A stretch of DNA of 54,684 nt, the filler included, from Jimgerdemannia flammicorona (lineage: Eukaryota): the NCBI GenBank assembly GCA_003990765.1. It is 2 parts of 2 records of this genome, joined end to end, with 100 filler letters (N's around TTAATTAATTAA, not from the genome) between each part and the next. Parts side by side here need not be neighbours in the genome. Positions count along the whole stretch, not along the records: positions 1 to 27,299 come from RBNJ01000642.1; 1 more part is not named here. One strand, written 5' to 3'. The position numbers and the translations under genes are program-made. This document shows, piece after piece, positions 1 to 13,929 of the stretch; the stretch's first letter is position 1; each line of letters begins with the position of its first letter. A model generated the notes under the pieces. The model was not told where the DNA came from. It made no database searches and saw only the letters and a program-made list of their open reading frames with translations.

Positions 1-1993
1 GCACATATTCATTGTTGGCGACCCTTCTCCAACACATAGTATGCCTCGCCGACTTCAAAATTTAGTAGATGTAGGTGGTTACGGTACCAAATACGAATTT
101 TATCATCTCAATTTAACAATTTATAATAACCTCACATTTAATTATAATAAAAACGGCACATATTTCAACCAATAGTCATGGATACCTCTTTGTTTACGTC
201 TATTTGGTAAACAAAAAAAAAAAAAAAAACAGCCCAAGTTTTATTTAAACCGCATACGACCCGTTTTACACATTTCTTGGCAGTTCGCGAAGTCAAAAAT
301 CATATGTCAGATGACGAATGCAAGCGTCATGTGCCGGTAACGACAGCCTTATCTTCTAAGACACAATAAAACAGATTTTTAGCCATTGTTCCACCATGGG
401 AGCCATGTTGAGACATGTCATTGCCAACTGTGCTAGTATTCAAGCAAAAGGCACATATGCTCATCGTAATGCGAATTTACCCGCTAGTAGGTAAATACTG
501 TCGAAACTCTTTGGCCCTTGCTTAATGGACACGACTTCTATCGACTGCATGACCGCCAGGTGACATCTCCGATGATAATCCCAAAGACGATCACAACGTC
601 AATATTGTCGCAATATTCGACTGTCTTCGGTGGACACTTTTCGGGAATCCTCGCTGCAGTCGTTAGAAATTTCTAACTCTCGTCGCGGATCTTTCTTTGA
701 AGGAACCAGTGAAGGTACCATTGGAATCCTACGCAGTCTCTAAGACAACATTTGTGAGACTGCTGGAGGTCATATTAATGACTCTTCTGGGTAGAATTGT
801 GAAGACAATCGAAGATTTGGCAAACTCGAGTGGTCGAACATGAATGGAATGCGTCACATGCAAGGAGCCGTTGGACCATATCATAGTCGAGGCTCAAGTT
901 CTTTACAAAGCAACGCCGTTCTTCTGGGAGTAGTGCAGAGCGATCAACCCGATCTACTTATTCTTCTTGGTGTATAACGAACTCGCAGAAATTGCCCCGT
1001 CTGTAACGTTTTACGTTTTCGTCGACACTGGGATTCATTTCGCATTGTTCAACCTAACCGTATTTTGCTATTTTGTCAGATGTCTATCTACTTCCGGTTA
1101 ATGACGCAAGTATCTGTGGCTCTCTCACGCATCTGAGATGCCTTTCGGGTATCAAATCCCACGATGTGACCTGGGGACCTGGGTAGCCACATGAGAACTT
1201 TAATCGACCAATCCTACAATGTGACAAGCTTTGAGGGTTCACAGGTGGGGTTTCTTTTTTACATAATCAAGACGGATATAAAGATGTCCTACCCGCGATT
1301 CTCGTTGCGACAAACCACGCCAGCTGAAATCCATCCGTGAGGCGATAAATCTCAGGAACAATTATCGGTGTGTAAATGGCGTGCGATCGCAAACAAGAAC
1401 AAGAGCGAATATAGATTACTCATGCCATTTCTTCGACAAACGTAGTAGGCGATTCCGAGAGCGATTTCAACCGTAATCGATCCGAGCATTATAAGGCAAT
1501 GACGGCCAACGTAAAGTACGGCGCCCCAGCCCAGGATCGCTTGTTAACCAAGGCCTCAGACGTCGAAAAACTAGAGCACCTTCGCACGATCAAGATAATC
1601 GAAAATGCCTGGTTGGAGAATACTTCACTTGTTGGTCCAAGATCAAAGACGTTTTTCTATGATGCTGAAGGGTGGCGGTATGAATGTTTCAACTCTAGAA
1701 AATGTGTAGAAATCGTATCGATTAGTCGTTGTCCGTCGTCGGACAATGACAACGACAACCCAGTTTCCACATTGGCAAGTCCCGCTAATACTATATCCTC
1801 TGATGGAGAAACGGAAACTGGATTTAAAGTAGATAATCATCCAGAAGACGCGTCGCCCCAAGACTCTTGCGAGTAGACTATCGCATATAGACTGGCCGCG
1901 CAAGTTGCTGTAAATACACAAAATAAAATTCTCGATCCGTTTTTTGCCCTTTCCCCATCTGCCCACTGTGTGATCGAAACTGTCAATGAGATA

Positions 1994-3175
1994 CTAATTC
2001 GTATAAATCCCGTGGTTAATCCCATTGACGGAAAGGGCGCAAGAATGGTTACCTTTATCCAGGTGCAAAGCTACTACGTCGCACTCCAAAAAATTTTCGA
2101 CCTTGTTCAAACACTGGAATAACCATCCCGAAGACGTGTACCACATGTCGGAACCGAAATCTTCGCCCACCAACCTAATTCCGCTGAAGGTCCTTCCGTC
2201 ATACAATCCAATGGATTCAACCACTACGTCCCATTCGCACAAGCCTGTCCTGAGTCGTCGTCCCGGAGACGGGGATCCGCGCCATCTTCAGCAACGGACT
2301 TCGGGCTTCCGACAGAAAGCTCCACGATCTTGCCATCATCTGAGACAACAATTTGCAAACCGACCTACTTGACTTCGGCGATAACCGGACGGTGTGTTTG
2401 CATGCGTGATGACCAAAGGCCATGTAGTACGGAGACGTCTCCCCAAACCCGTCGACCGCCTCCGTGAGGCTCTTCAGGCGATGCGGGTACACAAGGGTGA
2501 GGTCCACAGGTCTTACCATGTTCAGGAACGAGTCATTTCCCAACCGAATTTTGTCCTCGCATCCCGTAATCATACTGGCAATATCACGCCAGATGTCATG
2601 ACGCTCCGCAACGTCAGGCTCCGGCCCCTTGGTATGTGCCCAGACCCAGTCGACGAGGCACACCAACAGGTCGCACTCGGGAGTGACAAAGGTAGTCGCG
2701 TCGAGTTCAGTAAAGAGTAGCTCAAGAGCCTCTTCAGCTCGACGTAGATGTTCTTGCTGTCCTCACTCCATGGGATAGAGGCGGTGGCCCTGTTGAGATG
2801 ACGCCAAAGTCAAAAATATTTTGGGCGCACTCTAACACCATTTTGGGAGTAGGAGGTAGCTCGCTGCGCGGTAGATGTCCACAACGATGGTGATGGTGGC
2901 GTCGTCAATCGTTTTCAGTGTAGATAAAGCCGAGGACGACGGTGAACACTGCCATGTTTCCGTACAGCATTGACTTTCAGAAAGGGCACCTTTGGTACCG
3001 TATGACATCAATTAACGAAAAATATCTACAAATTCTAAACATAATCAGGAAACGATTGAATGCACCTTGCAGCCAGCACAGCACGGCAAGCGCCAAGCTC
3101 GACGCCATCGGTGCGACGGTTACGTCGTGGTAGGCTGTGCCTATTTATAAGGGGGTGATGTCGTCCTTGAAGCTA
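1994..3175 (-). pseudogene. BTB/POZ + BACK domain protein pseudogene
   Basis: Manual minus-strand translation gives BTB-like segments 'YHDVT..TDGVELGACRAVLAAR|intron 3065-2990|CPF*KSMLYGNMA.VFTVVLGFIYT' and 'VVDIYRAASYLLLPK', then BACK-like 'EEALELLFTELDATTFVTPECDLLVCLVDWVWAH' running into ORF 2217-2666. There is an in-frame TGA (2977-2979) and frameshifts. Boundaries approximate. Confidence 0.65.
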
Positions 3176-4509
3176 AGACCACTGTTGGATTGCACGATTA
3201 TATTTGTTTTAATTGTGGATTCCTGGGCATGTACAGGTGATTCTGCCAAATCACAACACTCATCATGAGAAGCATGCCGCCGTCTTCCTACCTCATTGCA
3301 ATAGCGTCAAGCCACGCGCGGTTTCATTTACTTCATCTTTATTGATAGTTGCTGTTTATATGGTATCATTTCTAGTTAATAAACAATATTAAGCCTTTTG
3401 TGTTAGAACGGTGTTTGCCATTTCGCAGCCCCTTTTTCTGTTGCCGATAGCGGTTATAAAGTATTCAGGCTTTCTTTTTCTCATGTCGAAATCCTGAATA
3501 AGGGTCTTGCCTGTCGCAGGATTTTATGCTCTTGGCACAGCTGTTGCAGCTCTGTTTCATAGGTTTGAGAGTGAATATGTTATGATGTACTTTTTGATGC
3601 GCAAACACTCGTCTTTTAATGGCGAGCTTTATATAAATTTATGGAGAGGTAAAGCCCTAGTACGATCCATGAGATTCCGAAGTGAGCTGTCACCCTTACC
3701 TCAACTAGCTATATGACCGACCCACACAATGCCACACATTCCAGCACCAATAGTTCCACTCATTTTGCGACTCCCACTTGTCAGTAACCAAGCGTCGCAA
3801 CCCATTTTCAATAACCAACACGATGAAGACGACAACAGTTTTGACATGGACCAAATGCCCTAACTGCTCGAAAAAAAAAATAATGGCAAGTCTGGGGCTT
3901 TGCGTCTTGTTACAAGTAGAAGACAGCAATTTCCTGAAAAATATCCCTATTATGCAACAAGACAAATTTCATCTTTGTATTACCTCAATGAAAGATGAGC
4001 ATTCGAATTCGGCCACTACGAATTAATCAACGAGTATACTCATTTACTCATTGCCAACAACGCTGCCTATGTCAGTCCCCCCCATAGATTTTATTGTACA
4101 AAAACAAGATACTACGCATCTCTTATTGTTATTATCCGGTAGGTCCGATTTCGACAAGCACACAATATGACCAAGAAATTTTGCCGCCCTCATCTTGCTA
4201 TCATCCCCATACGTGACAATGCCAAAAGCCCGTTTGATGCTTTTTGCTAGATTTGCGCTTAGAACTTGACTACCTTCTCGCACCGATTCTGGAGGTCGCC
4301 AATGAGAGCTCTTTTCACCACTATGAGGTCGGCGAGCTGAAAATACCATAGACTTCCTCGGCTTGTCTATATCTTTTCTCTTGGTTATGTCGGAACTAGT
4401 TTTCGAAGACAACCAGCAATTTATTAATAATTATGGCGCTAAGTATTTGTCCAAAATTATTTCTCAGCAAGCCCCACTAACCTACTGCTCGTTGACCCTA
4501 GGACGGGAC

Positions 4510-4745
4510 GAGACGTCATCACTCTACCTTATCGTCATCTTCGTCTTAGTCGTCGTCGTCGTTTTCGTTATCGTCTTTGTCGTCGTCCTCGTCATTTCCG
4601 TTACCGTCTTCGTCATTGTCTATCTTCATCGTTGTCGTTGTCTTCGTCGTTGTTTTATAATCGTAATCGCAATCTGTAAATTCTCGATGATGACGTTGCA
4701 GTTTAAATGGTGACGTATATATAATCTCGATGATGACTTTCAGTC
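4510..4745. repeat. Low-complexity (CGT/TCG)n tract with CGTCAYCATCGAGA-type motifs on the minus strand; possible inverted relative of 12650-12885
   Basis: Dense cgtc/tcgt trinucleotide-like repeats. The reverse complement has the same order of motifs (cgtcatcatcgaga, then an ACG-rich tract) as 12650-12885. Confidence 0.45.
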
Positions 4746-6154
4746 TACGGCCAAAATGGCGAGTCACATGTCCGTATCTCAATATATCACATCTGGTAAT
4801 TACATCATACACAGTTATGAATGCGGGAACGAGATCAAAATTTGCCACAATGAAATGTTCAATTGTGGGAGAAGGTGGCACGAATAAGCCATTAACCAGA
4901 AGAATCACGTGAGGACGATCAGATTGCAGAAGACAGGCCAAGATCGAGTGTGATCTACAGATTTTTTTTTTTTTTTTTCTTTTTCTGACAACCATTTTAT
5001 TTTTATTTATTTATTTTTGGCGGGAGGGTATTTGCAAAAAAATTAATATGCTCGGAATATAAATAATCAGGCATTTTGCTGGGCTGCCATACTCTGGGAT
5101 GCCGGCAAGGGCATCTTTCTTACTGTCGAAAAATATTTTGGAATAGGAATTATATATTAATTTTTTTATTTTATTTGATCACAATGACTATACTGCATTT
5201 AAGTATTATCATTGAACATTCGGAACGCCTAATCGATACAGATTGTATGTCACCGACGGCATATCATGTTGGGATTTATATACAACCTGGCTTATGTATA
5301 CGTCATCAGGTTACGTCATCAGTAATCGCACTGCAATAACATATCCCAACTCTGCTTTCGGTACCTCGTTCGTATTCTGCTTATCCATCCGAGTTACGTC
5401 CTGGTAACCCTGTTCAAAGTATCCAACCAGCGTAGGTTTTGAGCATAAATTAGCCATGTATACATGGAACAGTGATAAAGGTTCATGTAGTCTTGAGAGC
5501 TTTTTTTAGTGGTCGAATTCTTTCTTGCTCGTTGAAATGACAAGTTCGAAGCCGTATACAGGTGTATACAGGTATGGAGGAACCGTCACAGATGAGGATA
5601 TCCAGATGCCAACGACGGGGTTTCGATTCGTTGCGTTCTTTTACCTCGACAAAAACCGTGTATTTAAAATCTAGCACGCCTTTGGAAGTACTTGAAGTTG
5701 GTGGCGAAATGCGTACTCTAATAATCCTCTGAGAGGAGATGTGCTGAATGCATACGTTCTGCATGAAAAGAAACACTGACGAAAGCTCTATGGGCAAAAG
5801 TGCGCTCGAAAATATCCGCAGCGATTTTGACTGGATCAAAAGAGTGTAAGAGAATTCAGGCAAAGGTAATACGTTTATCCTTGAGATTCCGCAGCGCCTT
5901 TCCGTCGGATTATTGGCTTTAAAAGAATATTGTGAACATGCTCGCTATTAATGTTCTGTTGTGACGGGACTTTCGTCCGTTTTATCCAGGCGAATTAGTT
6001 ACAATACAGCGGAAGGTAAACCCCATCCATATATCTTGTATCTCTCGTGTGCTTGTTTGACTCGAAAATCAAGCCTGGATTACGAGTTCTTATTTTTGAT
6101 GCACTTCAGCATTTGAAACGTATTTATTAACCATATTTCCGAAAATACCCAAGC

Positions 6155-7500
6155 TCAAGGATCTTGGCGAAAGGGGTTGGGAATAGTAAGGATAGCTATG
6201 ATTAATATCACTAGCGAAATTATCAAGCAACCGAGTCCTAGAGTTCGACTCATAAGAATACTCGTTAGGAAAATAAAAAAAAGCACTGATGGGAGTACAT
6301 GTATTCGCAATGCTCTCCAAAGGCGGCCCCTACGACCTCCTGCTTTGCGCAGGACAATTGTCATTTCATTTCTTTTGTTACGTATGGCAACGTCTAGTGG
6401 CGTCAGCCAATATTTGTCCATCGCGTTGATCTTGATGCGATCGCTTTTAAGAAGCTCTTCGGCTGCCTTCGTGAACCCTTCAATCGCCGCGAGATGCAAC
6501 GGTGTCCTCTTCGTTACAGACTGGGTGTTGACGTCAGCACCGTTTTTGAGGAGGTACGCCACAGTTTCCGAATACCCATTTGCCGCGGCCAAATGTAACG
6601 GCGTAAACCCAGCAAGGCTGTACGTTTTAACGTTATTCTGCGTCTGCTCTACTCGTGTTCTAGTAAAAGCCTTCAGATCAAGAAGGGCGCCGAATTCTTG
6701 GAGCACCTGTACCGCCAGTCTGTGCCCTTTGCTTGCTGCACAGTGCGTTGGTGTCCATTCGCTATAGGGGGTCATTCCAGCCTTCGCGTTCACGTCGACG
6801 TGGTATGTGTTGGCGCTCAGCACCATCATTCTTATCACCTCAGCTTGTCCGTACAGCGCAGCTATGTGCAACGACGTCAAACCTTCAGGCGTTTTGGCTT
6901 GCACCTTGGCTCCGTGCTCGACAAGGTACTGCACACAGTCAACGCTCCCGCTCTTGACTGCTCTGAGGAACGGCGTCAAGTCCTGCCAATCCGAGTTCAC
7001 GTCCGCTTTGAGTGGGCCGTCGTTGATCAGAATTTTCATGACATCAACATATCCCATTTCTACACTGACGTGCAATAGAATGTTGACGGGGACATGGTTT
7101 CTCCAGATACCGGAATTAACCTGTACTTGCCAATTTGACTGTCGATGCAGATCAGTTAGATATGTATTGGATCGAAGTGACTGAAACATGAGTTCCAACT
7201 TACTCTGTCAGTATTGAATCCTAAGAACGTGGCAATAACATTTAATCGGATTTCGGGTTCTGTGCCTTCAAGGTGCTTTGTAAACTTCACCTCTTCAATA
7301 TCATTGAGGATTAAATTGAATTTGTCCTCTGCGAAGTATAACGAAATAAGAAATATGTTTTCAGTCGACATGAGAGGTTAAATCAGGACGCTGAACTTAC
7401 CAAGGACATCACCGTCGCCAGTAACTTTGATTCCACTATAATAAATATTCTCAACGTCAATGTTTGGGTGCTCTTCGGCTGGACTTTGTGCACTCGACAT
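6155..7500 (-). CDS. Ankyrin-repeat protein with two C-terminal hydrophobic (TM) helices; 3 exons: 7500-7401, 7328-7204, 7138-6155 (~402 aa)
   Basis: ORF contains repeated ankyrin motifs (TPFLRAVKSG, TSLHIAALYGQ, TPTHCAASKGH, TPLHLAAANGY, TPLHLAAIEGF, TPLDVA). The C-terminus has two hydrophobic stretches (VLPSVLFFIFLTSILM; LGLGCLIISLVILIIAILTI). Two GTAAGT..CAG introns (72 and 65 nt, the second with a CTAAC branch site) join upstream exons in frame to an ATG at 7500. Confidence 0.9.
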
Positions 7501-10500
7501 TGGATTTAGAAGTTGGGAAATTGAGAAACCGCTGCTACCGGTCACAACTTCAACTCTTTATGAGGATGAACTGTGCACGTGACATGTGGGCATGTGAGCA
7601 AGAAACTGTGCCACAGATGTGATCGTGTGAGAAATCTGAAACAAACACGGCCAATTAACTGGAAGTAGATGAAAATCGGTGAGTTTGCCTTTGCCTTTTA
7701 ACACGTGAAGGGGCAGCTAATGGGCACGATCGGACCCGCAGTTAGATTGCGCCACTCCGCCACAATTAGTACTACGATGACTGCGGCGCAGCAACAGGTT
7801 GATTACGTTGCTATCGGTGCTATTTAACTGGTTTGTAAAAGGATTACTCTTCCTGCAGCAATCAATTAAAGTATCGAGTCAGCTGTGTGACACTTGCTTA
7901 CCTTAGCAATTCAAAAACATTGTGAAAATAAACGTGGGCGATATATTTTCCCATGGTAATGGGTGCTTGTAGCAGATACTCAGAGTAACGTTTCAATGGT
8001 GACTTCAATTGGGACCCTGTTGTGATCGTTTTATTTTTGCCCTCTTTTCACATCCAGTTCCTGACAAATTGGGCGCGTGACCTCGGCTTAGGAACGGCCA
8101 CGCGCTCTTCATGACGTTTTTTCAACATTTGTGCTATTTTTTACAGCCCATATTCAAAGGTCAAGCCACCAAAAAAAAAATTGTTAATGTCCAATCTGGC
8201 TGATCATGATTGGATGACAACTTATTCCATCTATCTCGCCTGTTGAAAAGACATTAAAGAACCGGTTTCCCAGGGTGGCAACGGTTGAAATTTGAAACTT
8301 TTAAATTTCAGAACTTCAGCTTCCGTTAGGAAAATAAAACGTTTCTCCAATTCCAAGCATTCGCCTTCGCAGGGTTCAAATAGATTACTCCCAGTGCATC
8401 GCGTGGTTCTCAATGATAACCAATCTGACGTTTTATATGGCATTATACTGCATGAAATCTGTTGTCGCTTACCGTAGTCTTTCTAGTCCGTATTCAAACT
8501 TGGAGTTTTTCCTATCGTATTGCCTTGAGCATATGCGGATACATGTCCTGCAAATGAAACCCACTTATACTATTATCAGAAAATATATATGATGAAGATA
8601 ATTAGACAAGAAATGCCTAAAATTCAAATATTAAATACAATATCAATCACGATAATGTTTCCCACCGCCGGGCAGGATTTGCTGGTTATTCACATATCGA
8701 ACATATCGAACATATCGAACACGATTGTATTATTATTCACCCCCCCTCCCCTCCCCCCCCTTTCCAAACAAAAAACAAAAAACAAAACAAAAACAAAAAA
8801 CACGCTTTGTATGTTATTGATGTGGTCAAATTGTCCATTTCACAGAATATTCTAAATGCAAACCCGCGTATTCATTCAATCCCTCCGGTTATCAAAATTC
8901 AATTTGGACCTGTGGTAATGACAAGATTACGCTGAAATTTTCACAGACTTGGCAAAAATGATAATATGTTACATTATGCCACTTTTAATCTTGGCTTAAA
9001 CTTTGTTATTGTAACACCGAAACTCCAGTAACAGGTCGGCACGGTGTGCATCATTGTCTATGCCGTAACAACTTGCGTATGAAACCAAGATAATGACCCC
9101 GAGTATAAGACACGATAACTGGTGCAGCGCTGAATTACAGTATCCAAACGCCGCCTTTGATACTAGCCAATAAAGCAAATGACAAACCAAGAGAAAGCAA
9201 AGAGTGAAAGAGTCGGTGAGATACCGACTCATTCGGTCTTTTCTCAGCTCGTTAAGTCTGGGACAGACTTTGACGACTTCAATACCCTGTTATCTTTGAT
9301 TCGCAACGACCGCCTTATTAGTAGGTCCCAGAAATAGATTATGATTTATCCGCGATAGGGACGCCGGTCGGAGAATAGATTGGTGGTCCCAGGAACGATG
9401 TCCGCTCAGAGTACGATAAAAAAATTAGATTCTGATTTCCCCACTCGACAAAGCCGGTCGAAGAATAGATTGGTGTCCGACTTCCAAGTAATTAATTTTA
9501 TACTTACAGAAAAACTGTAACGAATATACGAGTCGGACAGAGGATAGACCTTCGGAAAACAAATATTCGTTGAATGTCGAGAAGTCGATTATTTGGTAGT
9601 TGCTATTCTCTGGATTTCCACGCCGATGGATATGCTGCTGTTGTTACCCATGATTCTGGCTAACTATAGTCGAGTCGTCGGAACTGATTTAGGTTTGGAT
9701 GTGTGTACTAGAAAGTTTTATTTTTATTTTAAAAAAAGCGTGAGGATGTCTAGGTAAGGACCAGAAGTTGATACATGTTGAAAGCTTCGTAACCAATAAA
9801 CAAAGAAATGGATATAGTCGGGTGCTTTTCTCTGGGTCTATGACTCATCGGTGCTCCCAGAGATTGTCATTCTCTGAACTATACTGCTCTATTATCTAGA
9901 ACGTACAATTAGGGTGCGTGATGGAACTCTATTCCATTTGGCTGCAGCTCCACCATCATCTTCAAAATACCTGCATTGTAAACGATGGTCAGGAGGTAAT
10001 GATTGGCTTATAAAAAATAACAAGTATATATACATAATTTAAATTAAATCTTATATAATTTACTCACACGAATGTGCACACAAACCTTGTTGGCAGGAGT
10101 CGAGGCGATGTTGGCATGCCTTATATGTATGATTTAATAACAGAATAGACATCTTTGAATGAACCTCCGCGAAAACTAATTTAAGATTCAGTTTCTCAAC
10201 TTCTCATCTAACCGTAGCTTTTTTTTTTTTTTTTTTTTTTGAAAGTTATTATGCAAGAACCAGAAACAAGCCGAATTGAAGTTGTTCAAATTGTGGCGTA
10301 CCCTGCGGGCGAGCCTCAATTCAATCTGTTCCTCGAGGAAAGGCCGTGATATTGATATATATACATTACGGTATGGCGAATACCATCGTGTAACGTTTAC
10401 TGTAAATCGTTTGGTATCTCGCGCCGATTAACAGAAAAAGAGTTTATCTCCCCATCCCCTACCCCTATGTCTCCAATGGCGTAAACTAGCGTGAAATTAC

Positions 10501-11603
10501 TGTCATTGGCTTTGGATCATGCTTCTAGATAAAACTTAGATTGAAGTGTTTTAACATCTACGATAATATCTAATATTTTATTGTGATTTAACTTATTTGA
10601 ATTTGTTGGGATTTTACAGTATAATCCGGGAGGGGAGCAAGTTACGCGTTGCAAATTGATGACGTAAACGTCACCGTTGATGACGTTTACTCTAAGTACA
10701 AGCCACAAATTGCTCTTAAAAATATAAAAATTTCAAAATGTGATTAGTTTAATATATTTAATCGACATTAAAAAAAAAAAAATTGTTATTAAGAAGACAT
10801 GATAAAATGGTAATTGACTGGGCTGCTCTCCAAATAGCAACGTTATTGTCGAACTAACGAAGATTTTCCGCCAAAGAGTGGCGAAACCCTAACGCACAAT
10901 TTCAGATTTTAAAACGGTAATTAGCGAGACAGGACAAGCCGAACAGATGGTGGGCTTTTGGTGTAGAAATCTTAGACGTAAAGAAAAAGAGGAAGGGCAT
11001 GCCGCACAAGGACGGGAAGGGGCATTATTGCGCAATCATCACGGCGTAATAGGCTCTGCACCATTTACAGCTTGCAGTACATTTTACCTCGCATCGGCAG
11101 AACTCCCGCCGTACGCCTGTACACCAGACCCCTTTCATTCGAGAGTGACTAGCAATGGCAAAATCGCGAACACATCGCATGCGCCGAGAACTGACTTGCA
11201 CATATTTTGTTAATTATACAGAGAAGCGGGTTGATGTCACCTATCGAATAGAGTATGGCTTTACTGTTTTTCGCGATGTTAACGGATTGGATGGATCTTT
11301 TGGGCGACAGAAAAGCATACGTCGTCGTTGCGAATTATTGGGATGCCAAAGCGTCCCTCGCAACCTCGTTGGTGTGCACCTCTCTGGTGTACCAGTTCAG
11401 ACAGGTCATTACCATTATCCATTGTCCAGATAGTTGATCGCCCATCGCCGCCGATCATCCTTTGTCCAACAGTCTATCATTCAGAAAGTTCGTCATCTAT
11501 CAATTTGTCATCTGTTCATTCATCGTTTATTGTCGATGGTTCTTCATCGTCCATCGTTCTATATCCGTTGTTCATTGTCCATCGTCTTTTAAAAACTCTA
11601 TTT

Positions 11604-12403
11604 TAGTGCTCTGAACGGAACTGAAACCTGCTCGTCGTCACCTTCTGCTGGTGGTATGCTTGCTCGCCAGTTCGTCTGCTAGTCGCCGTTTACCTGCCTG
11701 TTCTTCAGTTGCTCGTCGTTCCTGTTACCCCATTCAACACCCCTTTACCTGCTCAATGTTCACATTCTCACTGTTCACTTGTATGCTGTTTACTCGTTTG
11801 CCATTCACCTGACATTGCCCTATTATCCTTTCAATTCTTACGATAAACGGCGAGCGGGTACGTGAACGGCGAGCAAGCGAACGGCAAGTAGGTCAACGGC
11901 AGCAGTAAGTAGACGAACGGCAAGTAGAGAAATAGAAGTAAGTAGGTAGGCGAACGGCAAGTAGACGAACAGCAGTAAGTAGGTAGGCGAACGGCAAGCA
12001 GGCGAACGGCAGCAAGTTGGTAGGTGAACGGCGAGCAGGCAAACGGCAGGTAGACGAAACGGAACTAGGTAGGCGAACGGCAAGTAGGCGAACGGCAGCA
12101 AGTTTTTTGGTGAGCGGCGAGCAGGAAAACGGCAGCAAATAGATGGGCGAACGGTGCCAGCAGGAAGACGTATGGAAAGTAGGCGAACAGCATAAATTGG
12201 GTAGGAAAACGGCTCATAGGCAAACCGCAGCAAGTAGTTGAACGAACGATGAACAGGCGAATGGTGTGAACGGTGACAAGTAGGTAGGCGATGCCCATCC
12301 CTTCATTTTATAAATGCAGAACGATCATTAGCGACTGAGCGATTATGGCCACAGGGTGATGTCATTTTGTACATTATTTCGTCTTAATCTGTTCGGGACA
12401 CTA
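11604..12403. mobile_element. Putative non-autonomous foldback/TIR element with inverted subterminal motif arrays
   Basis: Ends TAGTGCTCTGAAC... and ...GTTCGGGACACTA are imperfect inverted repeats. The left interior carries TGCTCGYCGTTC-type motifs and the right interior (11845-12295) carries many GCGAACGGCRAGYAG motifs, their reverse complement. No clear TSD. Confidence 0.45.
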
Positions 12404-12469
12404 ATTGTCCATCATCTGTTGCCTATCGTCCATCATCCATTTCATTTATTGTGCATAGTGGTCAGACTC

Positions 12470-12705
12470 GACGTCCCATTTCACATTGCGACTGTGACGT
12501 CCCCATTGTGACTGTGACGTCCCCATTGCGACTATGACGTCCCCATTGCGCTGTGACATAACCATTACGACTGTGACGTCCCCATTGCGACTGCGACTGT
12601 GACGTCCATTACTACTGTGACGTCTCTATTGGAGACGCCACCACTGAGATTGTGACGTCACCATCGAGACCGTGACGTTACACCATCAGACCTGGACGTC
12701 ATCAT
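12470..12705. repeat. ~20-bp minisatellite (CATTGCGACTGTGACGTCCC), about 10 degenerating copies
   Basis: Directly visible tandem units from 12481, decaying rightward and followed by an ACG/ACGAT-rich tract to ~12885. Confidence 0.85.
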
Positions 12706-13929
12706 TAAGATTAATTATTACGATAACAACGATTAACGACTACAGAACGACGACGACAATTATACAACGATGATTATAATGATAAATAACAATTATTACA
12801 GGACGGCAGTGAAGACAGTTATATAATGACGACAGAGGCGATCATAGAACAACGATGATAACGATTACAGATATATACTGACGTCACCCAAGTTTTATCG
12901 GTGTCTCGCATGATGCACATTGTGACTAGATCGTTATTATTTTTAAATTGACTGAACTTTGTTTAATATAAAATTTTAATTAGATAAATATGAAATGAAT
13001 AAATAATAATTAAATCCGAGTAACAATTAATATATTCAAATTAATATTAAATATTAAAGTTGTTTTTTATTTTAAATTCTACATTTTTGGTAAAATATAA
13101 TATATAATAAAAGATAAATATACTGAATATAAAATAACTATAGAAATCAATTATGTATAAAAATAATTCAGTAAATATAATTACTTACTGGGGATTTATC
13201 TACAATTCCGCAAAATGGCTTGGCTCAACAGAATCTGAGGGCAAGTGTAACGAACGAGAATCGAATTTTTGAAATTATACATCGACGACTAGCGACGTTT
13301 TAACCAATCGTCGCCTTGCGGCTGGTTGTCAATGAATAGTTTGTATTGTGGTCACAAAGTTTTGTTCTGTTTCAGGTCGGGATCATTCGGGGAGAACGTT
13401 CTGGGATGAAAGCCCGCAGACACGAGATGGTCTGGCTTAGCTCCATGATACCCTGGTTGGGAATTCGTGGAGATGGTATTAAAATGGCAAAAATACATAT
13501 AAGCAATGAACAGGAGGGCTCTTGAGATGTTGATTTTTTGGTGTGCTCCTTGGTTTCTGATAGCATTTTTGTCTCTAATAGTTCCTTCGCACACTTGTTA
13601 GAGCAAATCGGGTCGGGTTTAAAAAAGTTGGAAGATCAAGTGACATTCGTGCGTTCACATATATACTCATTTTGCGCTTCCCTCATAGTCACCCCGCCCT
13701 CAAACTCAATAAATTAACTTTTTATACTCTGCTGCGCGCAGTCTCGTGTCATACATGTGCTTGCAGGCAACCGGGGGCCAAAGGTACGCCGCCCATCGTA
13801 AAGGAAATTGTTAGTGTGCCACATAATGGAATGCAAAATGCGATTTCCAATGCTCATTAAAGAACACGACGCGCCCCCCCTAACCGGATCACCCATATAT
13901 TTTTCATTGTAACAATATGTCATACATTC

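Noticed and set aside
300..1876. Possible spliced gene ending in ORF 1499-1876 (intron-like acceptor at 1079)
   Set aside because: Upstream frames contain multiple stops and no recognisable domain; at most an unidentifiable remnant.
3500..5900. Short ORFs 4044-4412, 4363-4713, 4546-4995, 5483-5863
   Set aside because: No recognisable motifs; several arise from low-complexity CGT repeats or poly(T).
6177..7184. Plus-strand ORFs overlapping the ankyrin gene
   Set aside because: Antisense shadows of the real minus-strand CDS.
8200..11400. Scattered small ORFs and splice-like sites (e.g. 8996-9232, possible exon ~9510-9650)
   Set aside because: Could not assemble a coherent gene model or identify a domain.
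11838..12298. ORFs with LLAVRL/LPFAY repeats
   Set aside because: Translation artefacts of the GCGAACGGCAAGTAG repeat array.
11604..12403. CACTA-superfamily assignment for the foldback element
   Set aside because: Termini are in the opposite orientation (TAGTG...CACTA) to CACTA elements, and no 3-bp TSD is evident.
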